Notes under the pieces: generated by a model | Told to the model about the DNA's origin: nothing | Seen by the model: only the letters and a program-made list of their open reading frames with translations | Databases searched by the model: none | Program-made: the position numbers and the translations under genes | Shown here: in pieces, positions 1 through 9,604 of the stretch | How positions within the stretch are numbered: position 1 is the stretch's first letter | Layout: every line of letters starts with the position of its first letter | Assembly (NCBI GenBank): GCA_938091905.1 | Contig: CALKOM010000026.1 | Coordinates: 1 to 64,000, forward strand | Length of the DNA: 64,000 nt | Direction of reading: 5' to 3' | From: an uncultured Verrucomicrobiales bacterium | GTDB taxonomy: Bacteria; Verrucomicrobiota; Verrucomicrobiia; Verrucomicrobiales; DEV007

Positions 1-1
1 C

Positions 2-135
2 GAGAATGCATTTCAGTGCCTCAAGGAATTCCGCGCAATCGCTACGCGGTATGAAAAACTAGCCTCGACTTTCCTCGGCCTCGTGACCCTCGGATCAATC
101 CTCGCATGGCTGTGATTCGGTTATAAAACACACCC
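2..135 (+). mobile_element. IS5-family (IS427-like) element, 3' end: transposase C-terminus (2-115) plus right terminal repeat
   Basis: Frame 2 reads ENAFQCLKEFRAIATRYEKLASTFLGLVTLGSILAWL*, with the IS5 'R.IATRY.K.A..F' motif. It is followed by AAACACACCC|TAG, a typical IS427-type end with a TAG target. Confidence 0.85.
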
Positions 136-138
136 TAG

Positions 139-309
139 CCAATTCTAACGAATGAAGCGATAAAGATCCTCAACAAGCGGGCTGCAGGGAAGGACAAGAT
201 TGGGGCTATCAAGGATGTCACGCGTTTCATACGCTTCTTTGCAACTCGCCGCCCACAGAAGATTGAGCTTGAACCGATGTATTTCATCCAGAAACAGAAC
301 TTCGCTTAA
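139..309 (+). pseudogene. 3' remnant of an unknown gene, cut by the IS5
   Basis: A 57-codon open frame (PILTNEAIKILNKRAAGKDK...QKQNFA*) begins directly after the IS end with no start codon. Confidence 0.45.
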
Positions 310-372
310 GCGGTTATCTGAACACGTGGTGAACCTACTTGAAGAGGACTTCGATAGCCTTGAGAGGGGCGG

Positions 373-708
373 TTACTGGCCGAGCGTTTCGTTTGTCATC
401 TCCAACATGCTATCGAGATCTTTTGAGACTAGCTGAAGTTTAACTTTTCTAACAAACTTCTTGGCGTCTGAGCGATCACGCCGTTTAAGTTCGGAAACCA
501 CTTCATTGGCGTCTGCCTCGGGAAACTCTTGGGCATGCTGTAAGGACTTGAAGCGCAGCTCAAGCTTGGTCGAGAAGAGACTTGGTTTGTACTCGATGGC
601 ATCCACTTCGGAGAGAGGACTCTCCAGCGCCTTGATGCTTGATTTGAGAATGCCAGCGACCTTTGACTGAAACTCGAATCTCAAACTGTCTGTTTCCAGA
701 TGAATCAT
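373..708 (-). CDS. hypothetical protein, possibly frameshifted at its 5' end
   Basis: Protein-like 111-aa ORF. An upstream segment in another frame (MSDTYAGLGRCE) looks like its missing N-terminus. Confidence 0.55.
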   Translation of the reverse strand: MIHLETDSLRFEFQSKVAGILKSSIKALESPLSEVDAIEYKPSLFSTKLELRFKSLQHAQEFPEADANEVVSELKRRDRSDAKKFVRKVKLQLVSKDLDSMLEMTNETLGQ

Positions 709-873
709 TCACAGCGACCGAGCCCCGCATAGGTGTCGGACATTCTAAAGGCCAGTAGAGATACCTGGGAGAGGTTAGCAGAGCATGACGATGCGAGCAA
801 ACCCTAGAAGCGCGAATGAAGGATTGATTTCGTGAATTCGGATGGCTTCAGTGAAGTCTGACCTGTCACGATC

Positions 874-1374
874 ATGATCTTGCGCATCCTTGGCGGATTA
901 CTCGCCCTTCTTACTTTCTGTTCCTGCTCGACGAGTTCTGGTGGGCCTCTTGTTCAGGCTCGCAATGAGCGGATTCGGATGGAGCCCGCTGGAGATTATT
1001 ATGTTGGACGGCGCTATTGGGTGAAGGGTTCTCGCACTTGGGGGTGGATTCGCAAGCCGAAGCAGCCCTGGGACAAGGCGCGGCTGGCTATCACCAATGA
1101 GCGGTATAAACGGAACCCAGATCGCTTTCCTGAGTATCGACCGGGTGGGGGCCCGACGAACGGCTTCGACCACAACTACGAGTACAAGCTCAAAGGCTAC
1201 TTCACATCAGACGAGGTCTATGATCCCACGACCAATCTGATTCTTCCCGAGTTTGTCCTCCAAGACTATCAGCTAATGAACAAGTCTCCGGGGTGGCTGT
1301 TCTCTCCGAAGGATCGGATGAATAATATGAGGCTGCCCCGGACCCACGCTCTGGTGCTATCCAAGACGCCTTGA
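874..1374 (+). CDS. putative lipoprotein of unknown function
   Basis: Hydrophobic leader ending LTFCSC (lipobox-like), followed by an aromatic/basic globular domain. Confidence 0.75.
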   Translation: MILRILGGLLALLTFCSCSTSSGGPLVQARNERIRMEPAGDYYVGRRYWVKGSRTWGWIRKPKQPWDKARLAITNERYKRNPDRFPEYRPGGGPTNGFDHNYEYKLKGYFTSDEVYDPTTNLILPEFVLQDYQLMNKSPGWLFSPKDRMNNMRLPRTHALVLSKTP

Positions 1375-1406
1375 TTCGTGAATAGGTCTGACCGAATCTA
1401 GGACAG

Positions 1407-1446
1407 TATAATTATGGTCAATTTTAATGAAACAGACTAGTCTGTT
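1407..1446 (+). promoter_or_regulatory. -10 box plus perfect 16-bp palindromic operator upstream of the TVP38-DUF547 pair
   Basis: TATAAT at 1407-1412; AACAGACTAGTCTGTT at 1431-1446 is its own reverse complement. Confidence 0.6.
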
Positions 1447-1487
1447 CATACGTCTACTGTTCATTCCCACCCAGACTTTTCTCATTC

Positions 1488-2183
1488 ATGACGTATTCTT
1501 CCAGATTGCCCGTTCATAAGAAGGTAGTGCCCGCGCTCATCGTTGTCGGCTTGCTCTATGCGGCTTTCCGGGCTCTACCTATCGCGGACTGGCTTCAATC
1601 TGCCCTTGATTGGGTCGAGGCACTTGGGCCCTGGGGACCCGTGGCATTCATCATTCTCTATGCCCTGGCGGTTGTCTTCTTCTTTCCCGCTTCCGTGATG
1701 ACTCTTGCCGCAGGGACCGGGTTCGGAGTTGTCCTTGGATGTGTTTACGTTTCGATCGCTTCCACCCTGGGAGCAACGCTTGCTTTTCTCGTTGGGCGTC
1801 ACGGGGCCAGGAAGACGATTCAGAAACGGATCGATGGCAATAAGACCTTCACGGCGATTGATAGTGCTGTTGCAGATGAGGGATGGAAGGTCGTCGGACT
1901 GACCCGGCTCTCGCCGATTTTTCCGTTCACTCTGCTCAACTATGCATATGGCGTCACGAAAGTGAAGTTCTCGCATTATGTGCTCGCCTCATGGATTGGG
2001 ATGATGCCAGGGACGATCCTGTATGTCTACGTGGGATCGCTTGGTAAGGCTGCTGCCTCATCCAATGGCAAGACGCCTTTGGAATGGACCTTCTATGGAT
2101 TGGGCCTGCTCGCGACGATCATCGTCACCGTTTATGTTACCAAGATTGCCAAGCGAGCGCTTAACAAGAAGATTCACGCCTAG
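1488..2183 (+). CDS. TVP38/TMEM64 (DedA/SNARE-associated, YdjX-like) membrane protein
   Basis: Motifs FFPASVMTLAAG, GATLAFLVGR and RLSPIFPFTLLNYAYG; multiple TM helices. Confidence 0.92.
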   Translation: MTYSSRLPVHKKVVPALIVVGLLYAAFRALPIADWLQSALDWVEALGPWGPVAFIILYALAVVFFFPASVMTLAAGTGFGVVLGCVYVSIASTLGATLAFLVGRHGARKTIQKRIDGNKTFTAIDSAVADEGWKVVGLTRLSPIFPFTLLNYAYGVTKVKFSHYVLASWIGMMPGTILYVYVGSLGKAAASSNGKTPLEWTFYGLGLLATIIVTVYVTKIAKRALNKKIHA

Positions 2184-2208
2184 CCAACCCGTTCAAGTAT
2201 TCGAATTG

Positions 2209-2955
2209 ATGAAAGCCACATTGATTATTCTCGCTACCCTATCCTTTGTTGCTCGTGCGGAAGATGCCAAACCCACAACGTGGGTTGATCAGTATGAAGC
2301 CCTTCTTCAGAAACATGTGACCGCTCAGGGGGTGAACTACGCAGCTTGGAACGCGAGTGCCGCTGACAAGAAGCAGCTTGCGACGGTGATTTCGGCGATT
2401 GGCAAGGAACATCTCAGTGGCAAGTCAAAGGACGCACAACTTGCGTTCTATCTCAATGCCTACAACGCGCACATCCTTGATCAGATTCTGAAAGAGTATC
2501 CCACAGATGGGCCGGGCGGGGGAGGCTTGTTCGGTCGTAATAAGTTCTTCAAGCGCTCCAATTTGCTTGTAGCAGGAAAGAAGACGAGTTTCACCGCTTT
2601 GGAGAACGATGTCATTCGACCAACATTCAAGGAGCCGCGGATTCACTTCGCGTTGAACTGTGCCAGTGCTAGTTGTCCTCCACTCCACCCGGAAGCGTTT
2701 CGAGGAAGCTCGTTGGATGCCACGCTCACCGCGCTGACCAAAGCCTTTGTTAGCAAGAACCCTAAAGGCGTGAAGCCTATCGGCTGGAAGAAGGTAGCGA
2801 TCTCGAAGATCTTCGACTGGTATGAGGAAGACTTTAAAGCTGCCGGAGGGGCCCTTGCCTACATCAATCAGTATCGTAACACGAAGCTCTCGAAGGGCAC
2901 GAAGGTCAGTTTCCAATCCTATTCTTGGAAGTTGAACGCAACTCCAAATAAGTAG
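2209..2955 (+). CDS. exported DUF547 domain protein
   Basis: Signal peptide MKATLIILATLSFVARA; motifs LAFYLNAYNA, EPRIHFALNCASASCP, SKIFDWYEEDF and YSWKLN. Confidence 0.9.
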   Translation: MKATLIILATLSFVARAEDAKPTTWVDQYEALLQKHVTAQGVNYAAWNASAADKKQLATVISAIGKEHLSGKSKDAQLAFYLNAYNAHILDQILKEYPTDGPGGGGLFGRNKFFKRSNLLVAGKKTSFTALENDVIRPTFKEPRIHFALNCASASCPPLHPEAFRGSSLDATLTALTKAFVSKNPKGVKPIGWKKVAISKIFDWYEEDFKAAGGALAYINQYRNTKLSKGTKVSFQSYSWKLNATPNK

Positions 2956-3470
2956 TTGTTAGACGTAAGTAAACGCATATGATCTGGGCTGCTTATTGAG
3001 ATTACGAAAAGAAAGCGTCGGTCGCGTGCTCCAGCTGTTCATCGAGGAATTGGTAGGCGCGGGGATATATCCGAATCCGCACCAACGCTTACTCCATCTT
3101 ATGTTTGTCACCTTCTCTAAGAGATTCAAGCAGGGGCTTCATGACCTTCTCAATCACACAATTCGGGTCGTAGAACTTCGCTTTTCGCCCAATTTCATCC
3201 ACTCTGCTTGGATCAGCGGCGATGCAAAAGACCACTTCCCTGTCGTACAATGCCGTACGTTTTTTGATCAAGGCATCGAAGTCATTCGTTAGCCCCCCCC
3301 CATTTCGGACGTTACCAATACATTTCAGGAGATCGAGCGGCCACGACAAAGATTTGCCATAAAACCAGGTTTCCGTAATCACCTATCTTCCTGAGCGTGA
3401 GAAGGTGGCGAAAATATTTGTTTACGGTGCGCCTGTTCTCATGGTAGGCATACGCCAAAAGTTGCAATCT

Positions 3471-4454
3471 ATGATAAAAAATCTGTTCGCCGCTACTGCA
3501 TGTGCCGCCGCTGTCACCTCTTCTGTTTTTGCCGGGCCAACCGAAGCGCTAATCGAGCCTTGGCCATCTGAGGAACTCGTCAAGTCCGTGCCGGCTGGCT
3601 TTGAAGCCATGCGACGCCCGATCACAAACCCGACCAAGTTCGATCTCGCTGTCCCTAGCACCAGCATACATGCAATCTACATGCATCACAGTCTACCGTC
3701 AAAAATCAACTCGGCGGCAGGCAAACTCGACTTGGGAGGTGATGTGAATCTCTTTGCTCTCGGATTCGAATACGCTTTCAATGAGCGCTTGTCCTTGGTC
3801 GGAACGAAGGACGGGTACGTCGATTTCAACCCAGACAACTCGCTGGAAACAGACTCCGGGTTTGCAGACCTTGCTGCAGGCGTGAAGTATGCGTTCATCC
3901 TAGATCCTGTTGAGCAATTTGCGTTCAGTGGGACAGCCGCCATTGAACTTCCCTCTGGCGACAACGAAGTTCTGCAAGGCAATGGCGACGGAGGAATCGA
4001 CCTTTCCGTTTCGGCCCTTAAGTTGCATGATGGATGGCAGTTTGCCGGAGCACTTGGCGCGTATCTACCATTTGATAGTGACGAAGACTCTACCACAGGG
4101 TTCGCGAGTGCCCACGTTGGTTACAATGTAACTGAAAAGCTATATCTTCTCGGTGAAGTCAATTGGTTCACGGTGTTGTCCAGTGGCGATGGGTCTGCCT
4201 CATTTGGCAATCCATCAGCACCGGCTCCTGACGATCTGGTATCCAGCGTCGTTGAGTTCGAAGGTGGCGATTTGTTCAACCTTGGCGCTGCCAACTCCGA
4301 CGAAAACCGTGATATCGTGACTGCAGCACTTGGTATGCGCTACAAACTCACTGACCTCATGGACATAGGTGTTGCCTATGAACTCCCACTTACCGACGAG
4401 GAAAGTAACCTCATGGACAACCGCATCACGTTGGATATTGTGTTCAACTTTTAG
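3471..4454 (+). CDS. outer-membrane beta-barrel protein (putative transporter)
   Basis: Signal peptide, alternating amphipathic strands, GFADLAAGVKY motif and C-terminal Phe (DIVFNF). Confidence 0.75.
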   Translation: MIKNLFAATACAAAVTSSVFAGPTEALIEPWPSEELVKSVPAGFEAMRRPITNPTKFDLAVPSTSIHAIYMHHSLPSKINSAAGKLDLGGDVNLFALGFEYAFNERLSLVGTKDGYVDFNPDNSLETDSGFADLAAGVKYAFILDPVEQFAFSGTAAIELPSGDNEVLQGNGDGGIDLSVSALKLHDGWQFAGALGAYLPFDSDEDSTTGFASAHVGYNVTEKLYLLGEVNWFTVLSSGDGSASFGNPSAPAPDDLVSSVVEFEGGDLFNLGAANSDENRDIVTAALGMRYKLTDLMDIGVAYELPLTDEESNLMDNRITLDIVFNF

Positions 4455-4507
4455 GTTGCGAGCACATCCTCGAGTTTTACATCCGAGTAAGAGAATCGAG
4501 GGAAGCA

Positions 4508-4708
4508 TTGGGTGATAACCTATGCTGGGGTCGGAGGGGGTTCAGTGGCTTCGTCCAAGGCGCCTTCGCTTGGCGGACCGACCACGGCGATTTCTTTTTC
4601 GATTCTGACTTCGAAGCAGACCTCAGCACGACAATCAGCGTGCCCGAGCCCAGCACGATTCTCTTCTTGAGCATTGCCAGCCTCGCCCTCTTCCGTCGGC
4701 GCCGGTAG
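4508..4708 (+). pseudogene. orphan C-terminal fragment of a PEP-CTERM protein
   Basis: Ends VPEPSTILFLSIASLALFRRRR* but has no signal peptide or credible N-terminus. Confidence 0.7.
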
Positions 4709-4740
4709 TTCCATCCTTGAAGGCACGGGGCCCGACATTC

Positions 4741-5583
4741 TCAGCCCAACTCGAAAGTCGTCACTCCGAAGACTTGCCCCAAGGGAATCGAAACGGGCTC
4801 CCCGTGGTACATCCGGGCACAGCCAAAGACCTCCTGCATGCCATGATTCCTAGCCAACGCGACCGCCTGCTCGTTGATCTCCGGAACGTCGAGAAAGAGG
4901 GGCTGACCATCCGCGTGAACACTCAAAGCCACGAACAACTGCTCCGCGATGAGCCCATCATCCGCGAAGAGCGGACCGATCTTGAAACCACTCCTACACT
5001 CCCGAATCACCCCCAACCCCCGGAGCACTCCATCCTCCCGGTAGCAATGGCCCCGAGCATGGGGCATCGAAATCCAGCGGCGCAGGAACTCAGCCCTGCG
5101 TAATCCAAAGCGCCAGGTATCGTAATCGGCTACCTCCTCCAAATCGACCTCCTGCAGCGAAACGACCCGTGGATCCACAGGACGCCGCACCCCGACCCCT
5201 TCCATTCGCAGATTTCGATGGCTGAACTCAAAGCCCCCCTTTGCATAGAAGGGCTGCATCTCGAAGACTCCATCCATCCCGATCACTCCGCCGGGTCCCA
5301 GGCGCTCCAACAGAAGGTCCCGGCGCCAGTTCCAGAACTCCCGTCCGATCCCCTGACCACGCAGGTCGGGGCGCACGATGAAGAAGCCCATGAAGCCATA
5401 AGAGCCGTAGCTGACGACCGATCCAGTCGCGACCATCTCGCCGTCCCGCTCCGCACAAACGAAGCCCTCCGGATCAGTTACCCAGAACACCTCCGCATCG
5501 TCCAGACCCGGATTCCAGCCCTCCCCCGCCGCCCACTCGACCGCGACCTGAAACTCTTCCCTGCTGGCCCTTCGAAAGATCAT
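4741..5583 (-). CDS. GNAT N-acetyltransferase with a second GNAT-like domain (YitH-like)
   Basis: FFIVRPDLRGQGIG acetyl-CoA motif, plus EGWNPG, KIGPLFAD and FGVTTFELG. Confidence 0.9.
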   Translation of the reverse strand: MIFRRASREEFQVAVEWAAGEGWNPGLDDAEVFWVTDPEGFVCAERDGEMVATGSVVSYGSYGFMGFFIVRPDLRGQGIGREFWNWRRDLLLERLGPGGVIGMDGVFEMQPFYAKGGFEFSHRNLRMEGVGVRRPVDPRVVSLQEVDLEEVADYDTWRFGLRRAEFLRRWISMPHARGHCYREDGVLRGLGVIRECRSGFKIGPLFADDGLIAEQLFVALSVHADGQPLFLDVPEINEQAVALARNHGMQEVFGCARMYHGEPVSIPLGQVFGVTTFELG

Positions 5584-5701
5584 ATTACCGTGTATTGATC
5601 ACCGAACATCCCTACGACAGAACGGCAGCAATGTCCGCCCAGAACTCACGCCGATGCGAATTCTGCGGCCCCTTTTTCGGATTCTCACTCCCAACCGACA
5701 T

Positions 5702-6154
5702 ATGAAACCAATACCACGCCTCCTCACCCTCACCCTTGGCCTCCTCCCCGTCAGCTCCGCGGACGAACCCGCGACCGAGCCAACGATCACGAAGACCCTC
5801 AACGAACCCAATAAACGTCTCACCGATGCCTACGAGCGCGAAGACGTTCCGCTCCTGCGCAAGCTCCTCTCCGAACGCCACGTTCATAATAACGTCTTTG
5901 GTCACCGCATGACAAAGTAGGGGTTCCTCGCCGATATCGAATCGGGCACGCTCGTATTTGAATCCTATGAGACGCCCGAGATCCAGTGGTTCATCTCGGA
6001 GAAGACCGCCGTGGCAACCGGCGTCATCCACGACCGCGCCATTCGCGCCGGCAAGCCCGTGCCCGCCACCCGCTTCACTCGTGTCTACACCCTTGAGGAT
6101 GGTCAGTGGCAGGTTCTTCTCTTTCACAACACCTTGCTTCCCGCTTCCCCCTGA
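5702..6154 (+). pseudogene. exported NTF2/SnoaL-like (DUF4440) protein with one in-frame TAG
   Basis: Signal peptide. After TAG 5918-5920 the frame continues GFLADIESG...TAVATG...RFTRVYTLEDGQWQVLLFHNT to TGA 6152-6154. Confidence 0.8.
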
Positions 6155-6230
6155 AATCCTACCGGGCCCACCCTCGCGTTGAAGGGATGTAAATCCCTAT
6201 CCAAAACTGCTCATCGTTTGCGCGCAGCTT

Positions 6231-6373
6231 TTATGAGCGGGCGTTATACTCAGTGACAGGCTGCCGACGAGTGAGGAGGAGAGCAAACGATCCAATCCCC
6301 ATGAGTAAAATGACCCCAGGTTCGGGAACAGTCGACACCTCAATCAAGGGACGGTTCACCGAACTGCTAGGAA
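6231..6373 (-). pseudogene. orphan PEP-CTERM tail (not in the ORF track)
   Basis: The minus strand reads FPSSSVNRPLIEVSTVPEPGVILLMGIGSFALLLTRRQ...*, with VPEP at 6329-6318 and an in-frame TAA just upstream. Confidence 0.75.
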
Positions 6374-6535
6374 ATTACTTTTCGTCCATGGGGTTAGATT
6401 CGCCGCATTGCTAGGGATTGGAGGGGGGTCAGTCTCTAGCTGGTGCTTCATCCAAATCCACTTTCCGAATTTTCTGTAGGTCCTTCTCGACCTGCATCAA
6501 CAGGAGGCGGATTCTATGGATAGGTGATTCGGATT

Positions 6536-7012
6536 TCATTTTGTGGATACTCTGAACAAGGTCGAAGGGGACGCGGCAGCGATGGTGATCTGACAATAAT
6601 CGTCAACCTCTGGCGTGACCTCTTTGAAGGTGTCCCAGGTCTTTCCCCCGTCAGGGCTCTTCTGCAAGACGTAGGTAGTCGCCTCCAATGCTTGGAAGCT
6701 AATGGGCACGGTCCGAGCGATAGACAACTCAGGGAGCACAGGCTCAGGTTGTGACTCAGGTTCGAACTCCTGAAACGTTAGAGGGTGACCATTCCCAAAC
6801 GGATCGTAAGGCCAATACCAGACACCGTCGGGCGTTGTGTTGGTGACGTTCTCATCTCCTTTGAGAAAGACGACGTAGCGTCCCTCTACAGAGTCCAGGA
6901 AGCGCACCTCGCCTTTCAATAGGAGACTGTTAGAAGTGGGGGCGACAAGCCAACCAAGGTCGTTGTGAGGAACCACGCGCACCTCAAGAGGCAGTCCCTG
7001 TCCAAGGCCATG
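6536..7012 (-). pseudogene. 3' remnant of a secreted protein carrying a verrucomicrobial C-terminal beta domain
   Basis: The frame opens directly after the fmdB-like stop, has no signal peptide, and ends YVLQKSPDGGKTW...STLFRVSTK. Confidence 0.5.
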
Positions 7013-7393
7013 TTAGTCCGATGACTTTGAGCTGCTACTACTCGAACTTGAGGAAGAGCTGCTAGTCGAACTGGAACTTGACGATGATTTCGAGTCCGAA
7101 GAGCTCTTGCTCGAACCACTGCTGTCAGACGTTGATGAGGAGCTACTACTGTCACTCTTGTCGCTGCCACTCTTGCCCGCTTTCTCCGCGCCTTTTTTGT
7201 AAGAGTCGCTTCGGTAGTCTGTCTCGTAGAAGCCAGAGCCCTTAAAGATAATGCCGGCTCCTGTGCCGAGCAGGCGTTTTACCTTGCCCTCACAGCTATC
7301 CAGAATGCAGGTCTCGAGGCGAGCGTCGTTCATCGACTGGAAATAGTCGAAGATCTCTCCGCAAGATTCGCAGCGATATTCGTAGGTTGGCAT
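7013..7393 (-). CDS. FmdB-family zinc-ribbon protein with Ser-rich tail
   Basis: MPTYEYRCESCG...C...C...GIIFKGSGFYETDY. Confidence 0.92.
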   Translation of the reverse strand: MPTYEYRCESCGEIFDYFQSMNDARLETCILDSCEGKVKRLLGTGAGIIFKGSGFYETDYRSDSYKKGAEKAGKSGSDKSDSSSSSSTSDSSGSSKSSSDSKSSSSSSSTSSSSSSSSSSSSKSSD

Positions 7394-7418
7394 GGAGTTT
7401 CTTTGGGTAAACGCTTTG

Positions 7419-7736
7419 TTAGAAGCCCATGCCTGGAAGACCGCCGGGCATGCCGCCGGTGACTTTCTCCATCTCAGACGCCATGAGCGCTTTGGCTTTC
7501 TCCTGAGCTTGTTTGACGCCACTGAGAACGAGATCTTCTAGCATCTCCACGTCATCGGCGTCCACGACGGCTGGATCAATCTTTACGCCGAGAATGTCGC
7601 CGCTGCCATTTGCGGTGACGGAGACCTTCCCACCACCTGCTGTGGCTTCCACGGTCTTGTCGGCGAGTTCAGCTTGGGCAGACTGCATCTTTGTCTGCAT
7701 TTGCTGCACCTGTTTCATCATTTTATTAATGTTCAT
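7419..7736 (-). CDS. ybaB: YbaB/EbfC nucleoid-associated protein
   Basis: MNINKMMKQVQQMQ, AGGGKVSV and DVEMLEDLV; lies directly downstream of dnaX. Confidence 0.95.
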   Translation of the reverse strand: MNINKMMKQVQQMQTKMQSAQAELADKTVEATAGGGKVSVTANGSGDILGVKIDPAVVDADDVEMLEDLVLSGVKQAQEKAKALMASEMEKVTGGMPGGLPGMGF

Positions 7737-7759
7737 AGCGTTTGGTGTCGTGGTAAGCG

Positions 7760-9553
7760 TTAGTCTTGCTTCTCCAGAGTGCCTTCGAAGAGTTCGAGGG
7801 CCTTCTGGATGAGCGGGTCATCTTCGAATTTCTCCTGATCGATGGGCTCGGTAGGAGGTGCCGTCAAGGGGGGAGCTTGGCTGCTTTGTGCCCCTTGTGT
7901 TTCAAATGGAGGAGATTCCTGTGCCGAGCGTTGGGGTTCAGCCGCGTTTGGCACGCTCCGAGCAATGCCTGTCACGGCATCAGAAGGAGCCGCGATCTTG
8001 GGAGGTTCGGCCTTTGGACCCATAGGCACGCTGTCATCTGCGATGCATTCCAGGCGAAGCCTCTTCCCCGAAATCTCCTGGAGGGCTCTCTCAATATCGC
8101 TCTTGGTCTGATCGGCACGCTGCCGCCCAAAGTCAGTCGAGTTGAAGCGGACAGTAAACTGATCGCCATCGATCTGGCTGAAGATCGCTTGCGCGAATAG
8201 AAGGGGAAACTTCTGCTGCAGCTGACGCCAAATTTGTTTGGGGTCGTCCGTCGGGCCACGAGGCGTCTCGGCTGTAGCTTCTGGTTCGGGACGAGTTGAT
8301 GTTGCTGCTGGCTGAGATGGCACCGACGATGGTGTTGGCTGTGGGGCGACACTCGACGCAGGCTTGGTTGCCGCTGTGGCTGTGGCTGCGGCGGGGAAAG
8401 CGGCTGGCAATGGACTGTCGGTGATGGCACCACTGAGGACTTTGATCACATCGCTAAGATTGCTTTCCTGAACTCGCTGCACGGCTTTAATCACGCCGAT
8501 CTCGAAATGCATCTTCTTGTTAGGCGCCCACTTCATGCGCACGTCTGTCTCCGCGAAGTGGTCGATGAGCTCTAAGAGGCGATCGGTTTCAATGAGCTCT
8601 CCTTGCTGGCGGATCGTGTCGGCTACTTGATCGGCCATGCCTTCGAGGGCGTTAGTAGGATCAACTTTGAAGACCAAGAGATTCCGCAGATAGGTGATGA
8701 GATCCGCGAGGAGCTTGGTCAGATCCTTACCAGCTTCGGTCTGTTCATGCACTACTTCGAGTGCCTCGACCGTGCGGTGTTCTAGAATGCCGGTGGTAAG
8801 CTTGGCAACGGTCTCATGTGAGGTGAAGCCAAAGATATCCAGGACGTGGTTTTCGCTGATCTCGGCACCACAGAAAGCGACCAGCTGATCTAACATCGAT
8901 TGGGCATCCCGCATGCCACCATCGGCGCCTTTGGCCACACTATGGGCAGCCATGTCATCGAGCTGGACATTCTCTTCTTTCGCAATGTGTAAGAGATGCT
9001 CGGCAATGATATGCTCGGGGATCGGCCGCAAATCGAAGCGTTGGCAGCGACTGAGAATTGTAGGTAGGATCTTGTTAGGTTCCGTTGTTGCGAAGATAAA
9101 CTTCACGTGTGGCGGTGGTTCTTCCAGCGTCTTGAGCAAGGCGTTGAAGGCCGCGGTTGTTAGCATGTGGACCTCGTCAATATAGTAGATCTTGTAGCGT
9201 CCACGAGAGGGGGCGAACTTCGCATTGTCTCGCAATTCGCGGACTTGTTCGACACCGTTGTTACTCGCGCCGTCGATTTCTAGGACATCCAGGCTGTTTC
9301 CTTCAGCGATCTCTTTACAGATGTCCTCGTGAGGATCGAAGTCGGCACTCGGGCCATTGTCGCAGTTGAGTGCTTTAGCGAGAATGCGAGCAGTCGTCGT
9401 CTTGCCGGTGCCTCGAGGGCCCACGAAGAGATAGGCCTGGGCAATGCGCTCTTTGGAGATCGCATTGCGAAGGGTCTGTACAACATGATCTTGACCAAGA
9501 ATCTGGTCGAAGGTCAGGGGTCGATATTTCCTCGCGAATACCTGGTAAGCCAC
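7760..9553 (-). CDS. dnaX: DNA polymerase III subunit gamma/tau
   Basis: YQVFARKYRP, Walker A GPRGTGKTT, EIDGASNNGV, DEVHML, LKTLEEPP and SRCQRF. Confidence 0.98.
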   Translation of the reverse strand: MAYQVFARKYRPLTFDQILGQDHVVQTLRNAISKERIAQAYLFVGPRGTGKTTTARILAKALNCDNGPSADFDPHEDICKEIAEGNSLDVLEIDGASNNGVEQVRELRDNAKFAPSRGRYKIYYIDEVHMLTTAAFNALLKTLEEPPPHVKFIFATTEPNKILPTILSRCQRFDLRPIPEHIIAEHLLHIAKEENVQLDDMAAHSVAKGADGGMRDAQSMLDQLVAFCGAEISENHVLDIFGFTSHETVAKLTTGILEHRTVEALEVVHEQTEAGKDLTKLLADLITYLRNLLVFKVDPTNALEGMADQVADTIRQQGELIETDRLLELIDHFAETDVRMKWAPNKKMHFEIGVIKAVQRVQESNLSDVIKVLSGAITDSPLPAAFPAAATATAATKPASSVAPQPTPSSVPSQPAATSTRPEPEATAETPRGPTDDPKQIWRQLQQKFPLLFAQAIFSQIDGDQFTVRFNSTDFGRQRADQTKSDIERALQEISGKRLRLECIADDSVPMGPKAEPPKIAAPSDAVTGIARSVPNAAEPQRSAQESPPFETQGAQSSQAPPLTAPPTEPIDQEKFEDDPLIQKALELFEGTLEKQD

Positions 9554-9604
9554 GGCGTGACTGTAGGAACAGGACGCTGATTTGAAATCCCTTTTTAAGA
9601 TATT

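Noticed and set aside
6183..6250. Integron attC site (ends ...GAGCGGGCGTTATAC) near GNAT/DUF4440 cassette-like genes
   Set aside because: No proper RYYYAAC left box, too short, no second copy or integrase, and the genes are in mixed orientation. The hairpins fit a terminator between convergent genes.
7760..9553. E. coli-type dnaX -1 frameshift and an upstream SRP RNA
   Set aside because: No A_AAA_AAG site was noticed, and the ~50-bp upstream gap is too short for ffs.
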